64,000 nt of DNA from Mizuhopecten yessoensis (Eukaryota). Each line of letters starts with the position of its first letter. The stretch's first letter is position 1. A program made the position numbers and the translations under genes. Shown piece by piece: positions 27,801 through 41,000 of the stretch. The stretch spans positions 216,693-280,692 of the forward strand of contig NW_018407978.1 of the NCBI RefSeq assembly GCF_002113885.1, written 5' to 3'. The notes below the pieces were generated by a model. It saw only the letters and a list, made by a program, of their open reading frames with translations, ran no database searches and was not told the origin of the DNA.

Positions 27801-30800
27801 TCCCCATCAGCCTGGGGCTTGTCTGCACTACTTGGTAGTTTGATACCCAGAATGGCTTCCAATCTATCAAGCTCCTCTGGCCTTTCACCATCCTTAAATG
27901 ACAACCATATTCTTAATGGGGGTAAATTGTAGGTATGGTAGTTATGATTATCACAGTACAGCGATATCTTGTTATCACAGTTTGAGAATTTGGTAAGCTT
28001 AATCATTCCAAAAATGAACATGTATGGTGCCTTATAATGTGAGAAAAAACGGACGCTGAGGAAAGCTAAACATGCCAATATTCATACTGCATGACAATTG
28101 TGTTAAACATCCCCGATACTCTAGGGTTTACACTCACTTTCACTCTCTGCACCCCTGGAAGATGTCATAGAAAAGTTGAAGGCAAATGGCTATGTATTTG
28201 ATTGGTTTCAGTTAAAAACTGACCAATTGCTAGGCCTGTCCTATGAAGATTCAGATGAGCAACACCTGACTTCAAAGCAAGTCGATTTTCACCGTTACAC
28301 TAACATGGGATTTGTTTTGATGTAAATCAAAGATCAAAGGATCAAACTGGTCTCATTCACAAGTTGGCACACACTTAGCCTTCACTTTTGTCATAACATA
28401 TTCCAGGGGTGCAGAGAAAGCAAAGAGATAGAAGATGTCAATTAACTGGTTGATTTACATTGATGTTTTACCAACATCTTTACAAAGGATAGTCCAAAAG
28501 ATGAGCAAAAGAGCCAGTTTTGGTTGAAATAATGTGAATTCCATCCCAATACACATCATGATCAGACAATCATTGCTCAATACCCTGTATGTAGTTTACA
28601 TACCTGCTTTCCAGTCTGTTGTTGCAATGCTTGAAGTAATTGACATGCTGCCATCAACTGTGTTCTGAAGTACTCCACAGCCTCCTGTAAAAAACAACTC
28701 GTTGCTATAACGTTTCATTCAAAACTTAAACCTGCAGATACAGACTATACACCTGGTATTATAAATTATATTCATCATGGGTTGAGTGAAGAACAAGCTT
28801 ATTTCTCCATCAATTTCACTCCACCATTACATGTATACACTGGTCCATTGTTAAATGATGCAAATACACCATATCTTGATTTGTTGAAGACAATTTCATT
28901 GGTACAAAACACACTTCCAATCAGAAAAGAATCAAAGTCCTATATTGATCAAGGCTTAAATGTAAGATTCACCTAACTTTGAAGCGTGTCGTATTTTGAT
29001 GTAACTTTTAAATTGAACTGATGTCATGACCAAGTTAATGTGAAGTTAATAAATGTGTCTTAATTAAATATTGGTGAAGTGTTGCCTCTTGTGCAGCGCT
29101 GTATCAATAGTGATCGAAGGGAGGTAAGTCTTACAAAGTTTTTTTAACAGTTGCAGAAGAAATATATATGTCACTTCAGTTTTTCATACATGCAACAACG
29201 CTCTTAAATATCATTTTGGTCACACGGGTCGTTTGACTTGGCCAATGTATTACTGCAGCTGGCTAGGAAGTATATAGCTAGCTTATATTAGTTGGTTATA
29301 TATAATTTAGTGCCACAGTATAATGGTTGCAGGTTCAAAGTTTGAATCCAGGTCTGGCACCTTTGCATTTTCATACTCAGAAAATTGTTGTTGCTTTTTC
29401 TTTTTTTCACTTATTTTATTTTACAGTTTTCTTTTCAGAAATGATTTATCACAGAAATGATTTATCAAAACTACAGCCGTGCTGGAAAACGTTTTTATGC
29501 ATATAGTAAGTAGTTAAAGATTTTGGCAGATCTACAGGGATCCTTCATACACACATATCTTGTTAATCTCATACCATCAAATCAAAATATTATAAAACAT
29601 CCACTATCGTATACATTTATTCATGTGTAGTATACGTAGCACTAATAAGCATGACTATATAATAGGTTGTATTGTTCTTTTTTATATTCTAATTAAATTG
29701 GACAACATATATATATATAATACATTTCAATTTTGAAACACTTAAGTTTTCAATTACATTTAATTTTAGAAAATTTTATGATGACAAGTTTTAAAATAAG
29801 ACAAAGCAAACTGTGTCAATTAAAATGCAACCTATAGCAAACAAATAGCTAAGTTTAACAACAAATCACTTAATCTGTGATAATAAAATCATTTTTAAGT
29901 AAGAAGGATCATTTTCTTTTTGCTCAATTAAGTACCTATACTTAAGATGGAATCTTAAGCCTAAAGAAATGTTAATAATGATAAGTCCATGTACTGACCT
30001 TAAGCATGATAACTGAAATTAATTTTCATACCTTTTGTGCCTCCTGTATAGATGCTGCTTCCTTTACCAAATCTCCATATTCCTTTTTGATTTCTGATAT
30101 CTTTTCAATTAACTGAGCAGGGTTTGCCTAAATTAAAACAAAAATGAACTACAAGATATTTTACTATACAGCAAAACTATAACATGAAAAAGCTAGATTT
30201 TCTATGGCCGTGCCACATTCATGAAGCACAACACATGTATATGAACACAGTGTTAATTCTATTTTTATTTTTATCAAAAATCTATTTTGACAAGAAAAGT
30301 AACAAAACTCGCATAACTATCAAACTGACATCAGTTTGTTAATGTAAATATTTTATGTACACTATACACTGAGCTACCCTGCAGTTTCTAAACTACAACG
30401 TACCCGGATATGTATGTATGACTGCCACACTAGTACTAGTACATGTTGACAAAGACTACACATTTTGAATCTGTTCAATTTAAAATCATGGTTTACATTT
30501 TTCAACTAACATAAAGAGACAACAGTTCTTAAATAGATGACTGCTAACATATAATCAAGTAAATCAACTAAGAAAAGATTCAGAGCACGATAATTTTTCC
30601 CATGAGATCCAGAAGAAATTGAATAGGAAACATCATTTAAACTCACTGGCATTTCATATCATGCTTGCTATTTTGGTAATCTGTTTCAAATTCACCCTCA
30701 TTTTCCTAAACTTAATTTCCCAAAACACCCTCATAATATCCCTGTCATATAGCAATTTGCCAAAACAAAATGCATTGCTATATATATATATATTTTATAC

Positions 30801-32518
30801 GACATGTTTAAAATTTGTGATGAAAAGCATTTAATATATGTTAATTCAAATAAATACTTTACCTTGTTTTTCTGTCCGAGCTCAAAGTCTATCTTCCTTG
30901 ATAAATAAGTTAAATCTGATTCTGCTTTCTGGAACTGTGAAACATTTTAAGTTTAAACAGTACACATACATGTACGTATACATGAGCATGCAGATTCAAA
31001 GAGTGCAGCTGTACATCATTCTATATGAATACATACTGTACCATAATTAAATCAGCCATGTACTTAAAATTTTGGTTTGCCATTGTTGATTGACTCCAAT
31101 TCAATGTAATTGTAACTTGATACCTCATATTATTTTCATATGAGCCCTGAACATCGTTTTCAAAAGACGATGACGAGTCCCATATTTACTATACATGTAT
31201 GTAATATATTTTATATGATTCTGAAAATGTGGGCAAGTCCCATAGCACTGAACATAAGAAAAGTAGGATTCCAGAACTTAAATATGTGTTGTTGTTAAAT
31301 ACATATTGATGGGATACATTCAGATATTAGCCTTATCTGGCAAAATTCAGACAATCATCTCCTTATAAATGTAGTGGAACTCAGAGCATCAGTTTAAGGC
31401 TTTGAAGGGTACAGGTTTGAAGCTAAATCTGACCATGCATTTTTTATCTCTTGTTACAGTGCTGCCATGACCAACCCTCGTTTCAAGTATGTTGTATGTA
31501 CGCTTGGAAAGGGGATACCCGTACCTGGGTTGAAAACAGTATTGTCTTCGGGGGCAAGGGCTTAGGGAGTGTAGCAGCGATCAATCGTGACCAGTCAGTT
31601 TAACTGGTTTAAGCGTCTAGAGTTTGGGAGTCTTCGGTCTAAATCCCAGTCTCTATGCACCTAGTTCATTAAAAGTAGTGTTGAGAATCACTTCAATATC
31701 TCTGATCAATTTTAAATGAGTAGAAATGATGTTTGAATGCAGGTGACGGTAAAACTTTTTATTAAAACTGCTCATTAATCAGTTTTAGATTGGCTGCTGG
31801 TCTCAATAACTCTTGATAATGTTAAAAGTTTTCATGTTATATTCAAACCATGATCGATCATAGAAAATCATGATCAATTTATCATAGTAGGAGGTAAAAC
31901 GAATGATCATCGATTAATCGAAACAACACTAATTATATATAATTAACACTGAACCATCATAACACAGGCTCCAAAATTCTGACCAGTCACCTGGTCAGTT
32001 TATTTTTCATCTGTTTTATTCTTTGTCCATGGCGATGATGATTTGCGTATTTGTTTCCAATATCTAAGGAGGTTCAATCTAATTCTCTTTTGAAGGAGGA
32101 GACTCTTCACAAGATATTATAGCAATCGACAACACCTAAATTTTTAACTCTCACAATCGTTGTCGCCAGAATTTGGCAATTCATCCCCCGGTCAGAATTT
32201 AGCGATTATTAATATATATACATACATTCTCAAAGTTGTTCTAGAACTGTATTTATCATCCTTGTTACGTCTTGATTTTGGCCCGAAAAAAATATGTTTA
32301 CAAAACGTATGTGAAAATGAAAGTACAATTTGCATACACATAGATCTACATTCCACTGGTTAGTCGGTGTATTTTTTACAATCACGATGAGAGGACGTTT
32401 AAACATAGAAACTTTTTATCACAAATCACAACAGAAGGAGATAAAAATACTAAGACCCTTTAGAGGAGAGAAAGTAAACATTTACCATTGACTCCAACGA
32501 GTTCACAGTCTGCTCCAT
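24889..32518 (-). CDS. SKA2: Spindle and kinetochore-associated protein 2, 258 aa; exons 32518-32486, 30934-30863, 30127-30032, 28684-28604, 27892-27709, 26748-26618, 26147-26104, 25401-25326, 24948-24889
   Basis: [30 protein letters not shown]...NPAQLIEKISEIKKEYGDL...QEAQK closely matches human SKA2 (recalled: [22 protein letters not shown]...NPVTLLKELSVIKSRY). All 8 introns are GT-AG and phase-consistent; total 777 nt ending in TAA. Confidence 0.92.
25708..26065 (+). mobile_element. Helentron/HINE-like (pearl-type) non-autonomous element in a SKA2 intron
   Basis: Starts AAAACTAGAA and contains a TGACCTTGA core, a (GACA)n-like microsatellite and a 3' GCGGGGGG..AAA end. Confidence 0.5.
31370..31660 (+). 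mobile_element. Two-LTR miniature retrotransposon (TRIM) with tRNA-like LTRs, degraded
   Basis: LTR1 TGTAG...TGTTACA (31370-31458), PBS-like GTGCTGCCATGACC, ~110-bp internal region, purine tract AGGGAG, LTR2 starting TGTAGC at 31570. Confidence 0.65.
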
Positions 32519-32519
32519 C

Positions 32520-32700
32520 TTGGTTTTTACCTCCACTTCCGGTGTTTTTGTTACGGCTCTTTTGGTTGGTTTATCGGATTTGTTATAAATGTTTTGATTG
32601 GTCAATATCAGGCGCGAGGTTTAAAGAGGTAGATTTCCTGTATGAACTCCGGAAATGTTGAGATGTTTGAAAATCAGGATTTAAATAGGTAAACTGATCA
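32520..32700. promoter_or_regulatory. Bidirectional SKA2/PRR11 promoter with cell-cycle-type motifs
   Basis: ACTTCCGG (ETS/GABP-like, 32535), ATTGG (inverted CCAAT, 32597), GGCGCG-AGG-TTTAAA (CDE/CHR-like, 32611-32625), CCGGAA (32649) and TTTGAA (CHR, 32666), lying between two divergent genes. Confidence 0.6.
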
Positions 32701-33364
32701 TGACATATGTCTTGTTTATTCGGTCTTGAAGTACGATTTATGTAACGGGATTGTGTCACCGATGATTGCATTCAAAGAACCACCGGATCGGGAGATAAGA
32801 ACGTTAACTACAGACATAACCTGTAACTGTTTCATGTGGGATTCAAATGCAGACTGCTTCCCTAAACACGGGGCACGGTTCATTTTATCAACATACATAA
32901 TAACGTTATTATGTATGGTAAACAAGGATATAAATTGAACCATGCCCCAAGCTAGAAAGTGTTTTTTTTTCCAAAGTGAAGAAACATGTTCCCATTTTCA
33001 ATAGAAATAATCCTATGTTTTCAAGTTTCATTTAGGAACAGGCTGTTGATAAATTGAATTAGAAAAAACATTAAAGTGTGAACTCACGCCTATCAGAGAC
33101 TATACGTCTCTGCGCCTAAGACCTGACCACATGTAATATATGAGTGTATTGATAGATCTAGACGAGGTTAGTTGCTGCGCGCCATGACCTTACATACATG
33201 AACATAATTCTCGCACCTCAGATTATCCCCCGTCATACCCCATGCTAAATTTTTCTGTCTCGTCCAATCTGTCTGGAACCTTTACGTGACATTTCGCAAA
33301 GTTTTTACAATGCAATGTATTCATCCGAGCGTTAACGGCTTGAAATTGACAATATGCATTACTA

Positions 33365-33474
33365 TGTAACAGGAGAAGAGAAATGCTTGGCCAGACGGAG
33401 GTTCAAACCCAGGACCCTCCAAACTCTAGACGGATGCTCTACCAATTGAGCTATCTGGTCGCCGACGATCGACC
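33365..33474 (-). mobile_element. Solo tRNA-like LTR
   Basis: Reverse complement reads GACCAGATAGCTCAATTGGTAGAGC (A box)...GGGTTTGAACC (B box)...CCTGTTACA. Confidence 0.7.
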
Positions 33475-34506
33475 AAGTGGATAGTTCCTATAATATTTAT
33501 TAACAATTAATATGATGAATTATGTACAAATGATAATATATTTTAGACAACAAGGCTAAACCGACATACACTGTAACAACTCTGACACATGCGTCGCACA
33601 CATACACATTAACGACACATAACACTACACAGGCTAAACTAACGATAAATATATAAACCATCCCTTCCCATCATAACACGTATAATCCCTGCTTACTTCT
33701 AAAACTATGTCATAGCACTCTCCGGAAATCAATCCGTCTGACTGCCCTGATCTATAACGAAACATTGTATTTATAAACACGAGACTTAAAACGCAAGTTG
33801 TTTTTCCCGTCCAAGCACGCCCGGTAGTAGAGACAGTGTGCAGCCTACTTTCGATTTTGCTGACAAAACGCTATGGAGTGCGACATTTTCACTCACTCGA
33901 AAATGACCTTTCAGGTCACAGTGCACCGTCCTGCTAGCAGAAAACATCCCTGGTATGTTAACCCCGACTCTGCACCAGATTTAGTAGCAACCCAACCAGT
34001 TGGATTGAGACCCATCTCTATTGTATTACAAACATTCTGTTTTGTCGGTATATGTATTGTTTTGATGTAGTTAGATATCTAATGTTGTAGATCAAATATA
34101 ATCTACACTGAGAAATACCTTGTCTTTGTAAGGACCGACTACATTTTTACGTGGAAGCATTAAAATGTTATTTTAGTAGTGTAGAGGCATTTTTAATCCG
34201 AGGCCTAAGACAGGATACTTGCATGTAGTCTTTAGCAATTTTTTTTTTTTTTATTTCGATGTAAATGTACGAGAATTTTTTTATTTATCTATAACTGAGT
34301 AAGATTGGGTACAGAATCTTTGCCCTCGACTGAGATAACTCGATCTTGCTCAGTTACAGGTAATAGATTTTATTAGTCTTAGCCTCCTAATTTAAGGACA
34401 GTCAGTGCTACAGTCAGTGGCTGAAACTGAGCCCAGTAGGCACCAAATGTCTGTTGAAGGTAATCACTGAGCTTGTGTGACCTACTCATCCAAATAATTC
34501 AGTTCC

Positions 34507-34905
34507 GGGTTGTTTCGCTCGAAATACCGTTCGCCCTAGGTTGTTTCGCACTAAGACAAAAAAATAAGGGCAAAACATTGTTTGGAATTTTCTTAAATTT
34601 TAGTAGTTTTAAGTCACAAATAATAATTCTTCTTATAATTAGTTTTCCAAATCATTAAAATCAATTTTATATACAAAAAAACGGTTTGTGTTGTTTTTAA
34701 GCGAGTGTGACAAACAGTAGCTGTGAAAAGGTGACTACTCACTCACACAGTGGATATTTTTCTACATGAAGTATACCAATGTAGAAAGTAATCAATAAGT
34801 TGAGTTGATATATTTAAATATTAATTATTATATTAGCGTAAATAAAATAAAAATATTAGGGCAAAACAACCTACAGAGCGAACAGGATTTAGGGCGAAAC
34901 AACCC
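34507..34905. mobile_element. ~400-bp MITE
   Basis: TIR GGGTTGTTTCGC...GCGAAACAACCC with subterminal repeats. Confidence 0.7.
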
Positions 34906-35019
34906 TTAGTGCAAACTTAATCTTTTTTATTATGGAACTGCAGTTCAACCAACTGAACTGTTACAAATATTTTGATCTACAGCGAGTGTACATTCCTAAT
35001 TTCATGTTTTTACAGTGAT

Positions 35020-38000
35020 ATGGAGCCGTTCAGTCTGAGTCCATACAGGAACAAGGTGGACGTCTCCGGCCCTGACCCAATAGCATGGTTTAGGACTGGT
35101 CAGCTAGTGGCCGCAGCCACCGGTGTCAGTACACTGTTGACCTGGTGTAGTCGATGTCTAGGAAAGGTACATGTAGGCCAGTTGCCACAGTTTTTCTATC
35201 AATATTAGGTATATTTCAACATTTTTCTGTCTTCAATTTCAGAAAGATTTTGATAAAACTTTATACAGTATACAGTTGTTTCATGCCTTATCAGTCAACA
35301 GTTAAAACTGTTTTCCCGAGGAGTTGGGACCCACCAGATGAACTGTTTCCCGAGGCCGCAGGCCGAGGGAAACAGTTTATTTGGTGGGTCCCAACTCCGA
35401 GGGAAAATGGTTTTGATTGTTGACTGATAAGGCATGAAACAACTGTTTTGTTACTTGACCAATGAAAAACCAAAAAGTTCTATGTCGAATGTGATGTTTA
35501 GGTCTACCGACAGACGACCGTCAACAATCCAGTACCAAAAACGCTTGATCATCGGGGGGCTTGTAATTATAGGTGCGTTCGATTACCTAACATGTGACCA
35601 GTCAACAGTTGCACGTGACCAGTCAACAATTTCGCGTGACCAGTCAACAGTTTCTTGTTACCAGTCAACAGTTTTACGGTAGCACACATTAGCTATAGTT
35701 CGTTTGGTGAATTGTCTGGGAAACAGTCGAAATTGATTAATATGCGTTTATATAGCGAGTCAGGTAACAATACAATATAGCTCATGATCATGATCAGTAG
35801 TATATAATCTTACCTTTCAAGGCCCATACGTATACTGGCATAGTAAAAAAGTAAAGGTTGTTCAGTGTTTACTTTTACTGTTGGAACATTATTTGTGCTA
35901 GGAATATTTTAAAGGAAACGCAGTGAGAATGCATTCTAGTTTCACATTTTTAAGTGAAAAAAGGACTCAGAAGCAGGTATTCATTTTCTTATTCCTTCGA
36001 TAGTGACATACATTATGCAGATAGCTTAAATACATGTTTTGATATATATCTAGACATATAAAGTTTAGACCTTTAAGGAAAATTTTGGAAAGATATAGCA
36101 TACTATTCACATAAGTCCATGTATTTCAACATAACACTGGCCTATTCATATTTTTAAATTGCTACATGTATATGATCTAAATTGTGTCAATATTAATTCT
36201 TAAAAATAACCTTTCACCACACAGATTTTTGTATGATTTGGATTGTAAGTGTTTGTTATTAGAGCGTTTTTTTCATTCTTTTCAGAGAAAAAATGCTTGT
36301 AAAACTGTTAAAAAATTAGTAATTTTCATGCATTTACATTCTAAATTAAAATTTTGATAAATTTATCTTCAGACCAAAACATATAAGTATAATAATATAT
36401 ATATGTACATATATTGTGATATAAAATGGCTTTTGTCTTTTTATATATATATAAGTATATAAAGGCCATGTATACATATAGTATACTGATGTTGGGGAAT
36501 GTTTTTAATATTAATTTACCGAATTTATCCTGCAATAGCATATGCCTGTTAATAAGCCCACCCATATATATTGTAGTTCAGTAGAGCTATTTAATTGTCC
36601 TGTCATAAGCCCACACCTTTACTTTGATTCAGAGAATATGTGCTTGTTCCCTTGTCTTAATATTTCAGGTTAAATATGGTACTTGGTTTTATGTGTTTTA
36701 GAGTTTAAGTGTTGCACGGGAAAAGGTGTTTCCCCACCACTGGTACCAGCAGGAACTTCAGAAGATGTTTGAGCGACTTGACGACTTGGAACGGGAACTT
36801 CAGGAGCTGCGGGACTCTAGACCAGAACCGGTACAAAACAAATAGATCAGTGGAAATAAATATAAGCTATATTTCCTCCTTTTTTAATCTTTGAAAATTA
36901 AGAATATTTTGAAAAAGTGGAAATATTGGTAATCTCAACATTAAATTGTGATCCTTTTTCAGAATGTGAAAATATCACATTATGACTTGAAATAAAAATA
37001 TCAGATCAAAAAGCAGACATTATGTTGGTCTAACAACAATTTTAAAGTATTTCTTAATGTTTTTTGAAAGTTGATACTTATAGAAAACTTTTATCATGGT
37101 GAGAAAGATGATGGGAGTAGTATGTATACATTTCAATGGTTATTTATAATCTTTGAATAAATATTCTGTCAGTTAATTGTTTTACAAAAAATACATCCAA
37201 AACACTCCAGGCTATCTTGATATATTAGTTTGGTTGTAAGACTTTGAGATAGTTTGACCTTTCATATGATTTCAGTCTGCAGAAAAAGATGCAGTTGTCC
37301 CCCCTGGAACCTGCTCAGGATGTCGGTGTTCTCAGTGTGGGAAACCTGTCTCTGCTAATTCCATGATACCAACAGCTTCTGTACAACAAGCTACAGTACC
37401 GCCCCCTCCTCCTCCACCTCCTCCCCCTCCTCCTGTACATACCCCTACCCAAACATACATCAGGACAAGGAAACGCAGGATCAGCTCAAAGGTAAATATC
37501 ACCATGACCTCATACTAATAAGAAAGGTTTGTACTACTGAAGTTATTGTTATTACTGCCAAGCATTGGCATTAACAGGATTCAGTTTTAGCACTCCCACA
37601 CTTGCATATTGTTATTTCAAAGTCATGATGGTCTAATGTGTCAAATATCAAAACAACCTCTTCTAAAGAGCAATAATGCCAAGAGTGATGGTATTTTTAT
37701 GTAGCTTCTTGGGTAAATAGCTATCAAGTTTGCACAAATGAATAGCTCCAACCCACTTTTGAATTCACATAAGTCATGTAAAAGTTAAATATGATTTCTT
37801 GCAGTGATGATTTTTGGATTAGCTTGCTGAAGTGAAGGGTTATCAAGATTGTTTAAATGGATAATTTACCTTGACCCATTTTCAAAATCAAAGTGTCAAA
37901 TGTTGTAAAAAGCATATCTAATAAGAAATCTATTGGATTCATAATAATGACGCAGATAATGATATCGTAATGAGGATCTAAATATTTCAGATTTCGTCAA

Positions 38001-41000
38001 ATGATTGACCTTATCTAGTAACTTACTGCCGAGATCATAGGGAATGAAGACCTACCAAATGTGTCAATACTAATGATTTTCCTGTTTGTATAACACATTA
38101 ATAATATCATTTTACATGACATCAGATTTTATTGTGATGTAAAAAAAAAAAGATTTAAAATCTACCGGTAACATATTATGGAAAGCCTTTAAAAAGATGT
38201 ATGTATAGTGCTAAATTCATAATCGATCAAAGAAGTCTTTGTACGATTGCAGGAGGAGAGCAATTCTCGACCTTCAGTGACCTTGGAACAGCTACAGCAT
38301 GTGAAGTTGAGGAGAGCTGAGCCGAGACCACCACTGGTATGTGATGCTGTGTATGTAGGTAGTCACAGGCCCCAAAGATGTACTTACTTATAAAAATGCT
38401 TCATTAGGTTTGCCTATTTAAATCAGCGTAACATTTTCTTCTTATAGGGAAGCAGAAATGATTGGAAATAAATTTGTATGTTTAAGAAAATACCCTTTAT
38501 ATACTGTAGGATATATGAATATTTATCTTGGAAATCAACAATTTTTCAGGCGACAAATAGATCTAGTACTAGTTGTCGGCTAAATAAACTTAAAACCCCA
38601 CTTAATCGGTGACGCTTGAGAATGTTTTGATTATGATCCTACTTTAGATATATATATTAAACTTCTGTAATCGCTCTGCATACCTTTTGGTTTCCATACT
38701 CAAAGCGAAGCGCCCCACTGATCAACCCACAAACCTACACCTTACGATGGCTCTAGATCTATCACCTTTAACTTAACCTACACCTGACGGTGGCTCTAGT
38801 TCTATCACCTTTAACTTAACCTACACCTGACGGTGGCTCTAGATCTATCACCTTTAACATAACCTACACCTGATGGTGGCTCTAGATCTATCCCCTTTAA
38901 CATAACCTACACCTGATGGTGGCTCTAGATCTATCACCTTTAACTTAACCTACACCTGACGGTGGCTCTATCACCTTTAACTTAACCTGCACCTGACGGT
39001 GGCTCTAGCACCTTTAACTAAACCTACACCTGACGGTGGCTCTAGATCTATCACCTTTAACTTTAATCAAAATTATTCACTTGTTGTATTAACAGATTTT
39101 TAAAAATCAACCCCGCACTTAGATAGGAGTGAAAGCTGAAGACTGACTTACACTGCTGTTCGAATTATATATAGAGTTCAGACCAGTTGTACAACACATG
39201 CCTTAATTCTGTTTTAGAGAGCAGAAAACAGCACAGCTACCCCTGAAATGAACTTGAGACAACGGGTGCTGAAAACAGCAATTGGTCGGGGCAAGGAAAA
39301 TATACAAGACAGGTGAGCATGATATTTCATGTATGTTTATAATGTTGACTTGGAAGTCTATGGAAATAAAACAGGACGTGTACATTGCAAGGAGGTCTCA
39401 GCATTAATTTATGTTAATTAATTAAATAATAACAGTATTATTGTAGAAAACTTTCGTCTGCCTAGACTGCTGTTATGAAACATTTCTAATGAGAAGTGTC
39501 TGAGGAAATGCTTATCAAAACAGTGTCTAATAAAATGTGAGCTAGACAGCTATCAGCAAAACATTTTCTGATGCTAGATGTCTAAGTCAACCATCATCAC
39601 AACATTTTCTATTCAAAGATGTCTTAGGAAGCTGCCATTTGAAAGGCTGGTAATAAAAGGTGACAGTTGTAATCAGAACAGTGATTACACAGTGACTTAT
39701 AGATAGTTTTAACCACAATCGCCCCCAAACTTCATGTTGTCATATCTGGAATAACCCTTAAGGAAACAAACTGGTAAAGAATTTGTGGGGGGAAAAAACA
39801 GCAGTTAATACCAAGATTTGGAGTGAGTTATGTATTAAAATTCTAAGATTGAAATTTTGATTCTTTATAACCTGAATGGAATTTAAGCTCCCTCCTGATA
39901 GAATGTCTATTCTGACAACTTACTCTTTTGAATCAAGTTTCTACCGTCACTGCGCTAACAAAAATCAAATTCTATCTGTCGACAGACTTTCCTCTTTCTG
40001 TCTTAACCCTCCTCTGAAATTAATCCTTTAAATTGTTGAAGCTGGTCAGTATCCTGTAGAAATAAAATAAAGGTGAAATTTGATGGAGTAAGAAATCTGT
40101 TTCAGTAATTATCTACCAGTACCGAACAAATTATAGACCTTTTATAATGAATAAGACAGATTTTCAGAAGAATATAACTTGCATGGATGATAATCTTTAA
40201 CTCATTCACAGTTGAACTGTATATTAACTGTAATTTGTACTGTCACTTTGTAGGATAGCCAGTGACGTGTTATAGTCGTTACATTTGTACTGTCACTTTG
40301 TAGGATATCCAGTGACGTGCTATAGTCGTTACATTTGTATTGTCACTATGAAGGTAGCCAGTGAAGTGTTATAGTCGTTACATTTGTACCGTCACTTCGT
40401 AGGATAGCCAGTGAAGTGTTTTAGTCGTTACATTTGTATTGTCACTTTGTAGGATAGCCAGTGAAGTGTTATAGTCGTTACATTTGTCCTGTCACTTTGT
40501 AGGATAACCAGTGACGTGTTATAGTCATTACATTTGTACTGTCACTTTGTAGGATAGCCAGTGAACTGTTGTTGTTACATTTGTACTGTCACTTTGTAGG
40601 ATAGTCAGTGAAGTGTTATAGTCGTTACATTTGTACCGTCACTTCGTAGGATAGCCAGTGAAGTGTTTTAGTCGTTACATTTGTACTGTCACTTTGTAGG
40701 ATAGCCAGTGACGTGCTATAGTCGTTACATTTGTATTGTCACTATGCAGGTAGCCAGTGAAGTGTTATAGTCGTTACATTTGTACTGTCACTTTGTAGGA
40801 TAGCCAGTGAAGTGTTTTAGTCGTTACATTTGTACTATCACTTTGTAGGATAGCCAGTGAAGTGCTATAGTCGTTACATTTGCACTGTCACTTTGTAGGG
40901 TAGCCAGTGAAGTGCTATAATCGTTACATTTGTATTGTCCCTTTGTAGGATAGCCAGTGACGTGCTATAGTAGTTACATTTGTATTGTCTCTTTGTAGGA

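Noticed and set aside
30935-32485. Intronic miRNA in SKA2 intron 1 (human hosts miR-301a/miR-454 there)
   Set aside because: I found no recognisable mature miRNA sequence or clean pre-miRNA hairpin; the intron contains a TRIM instead.
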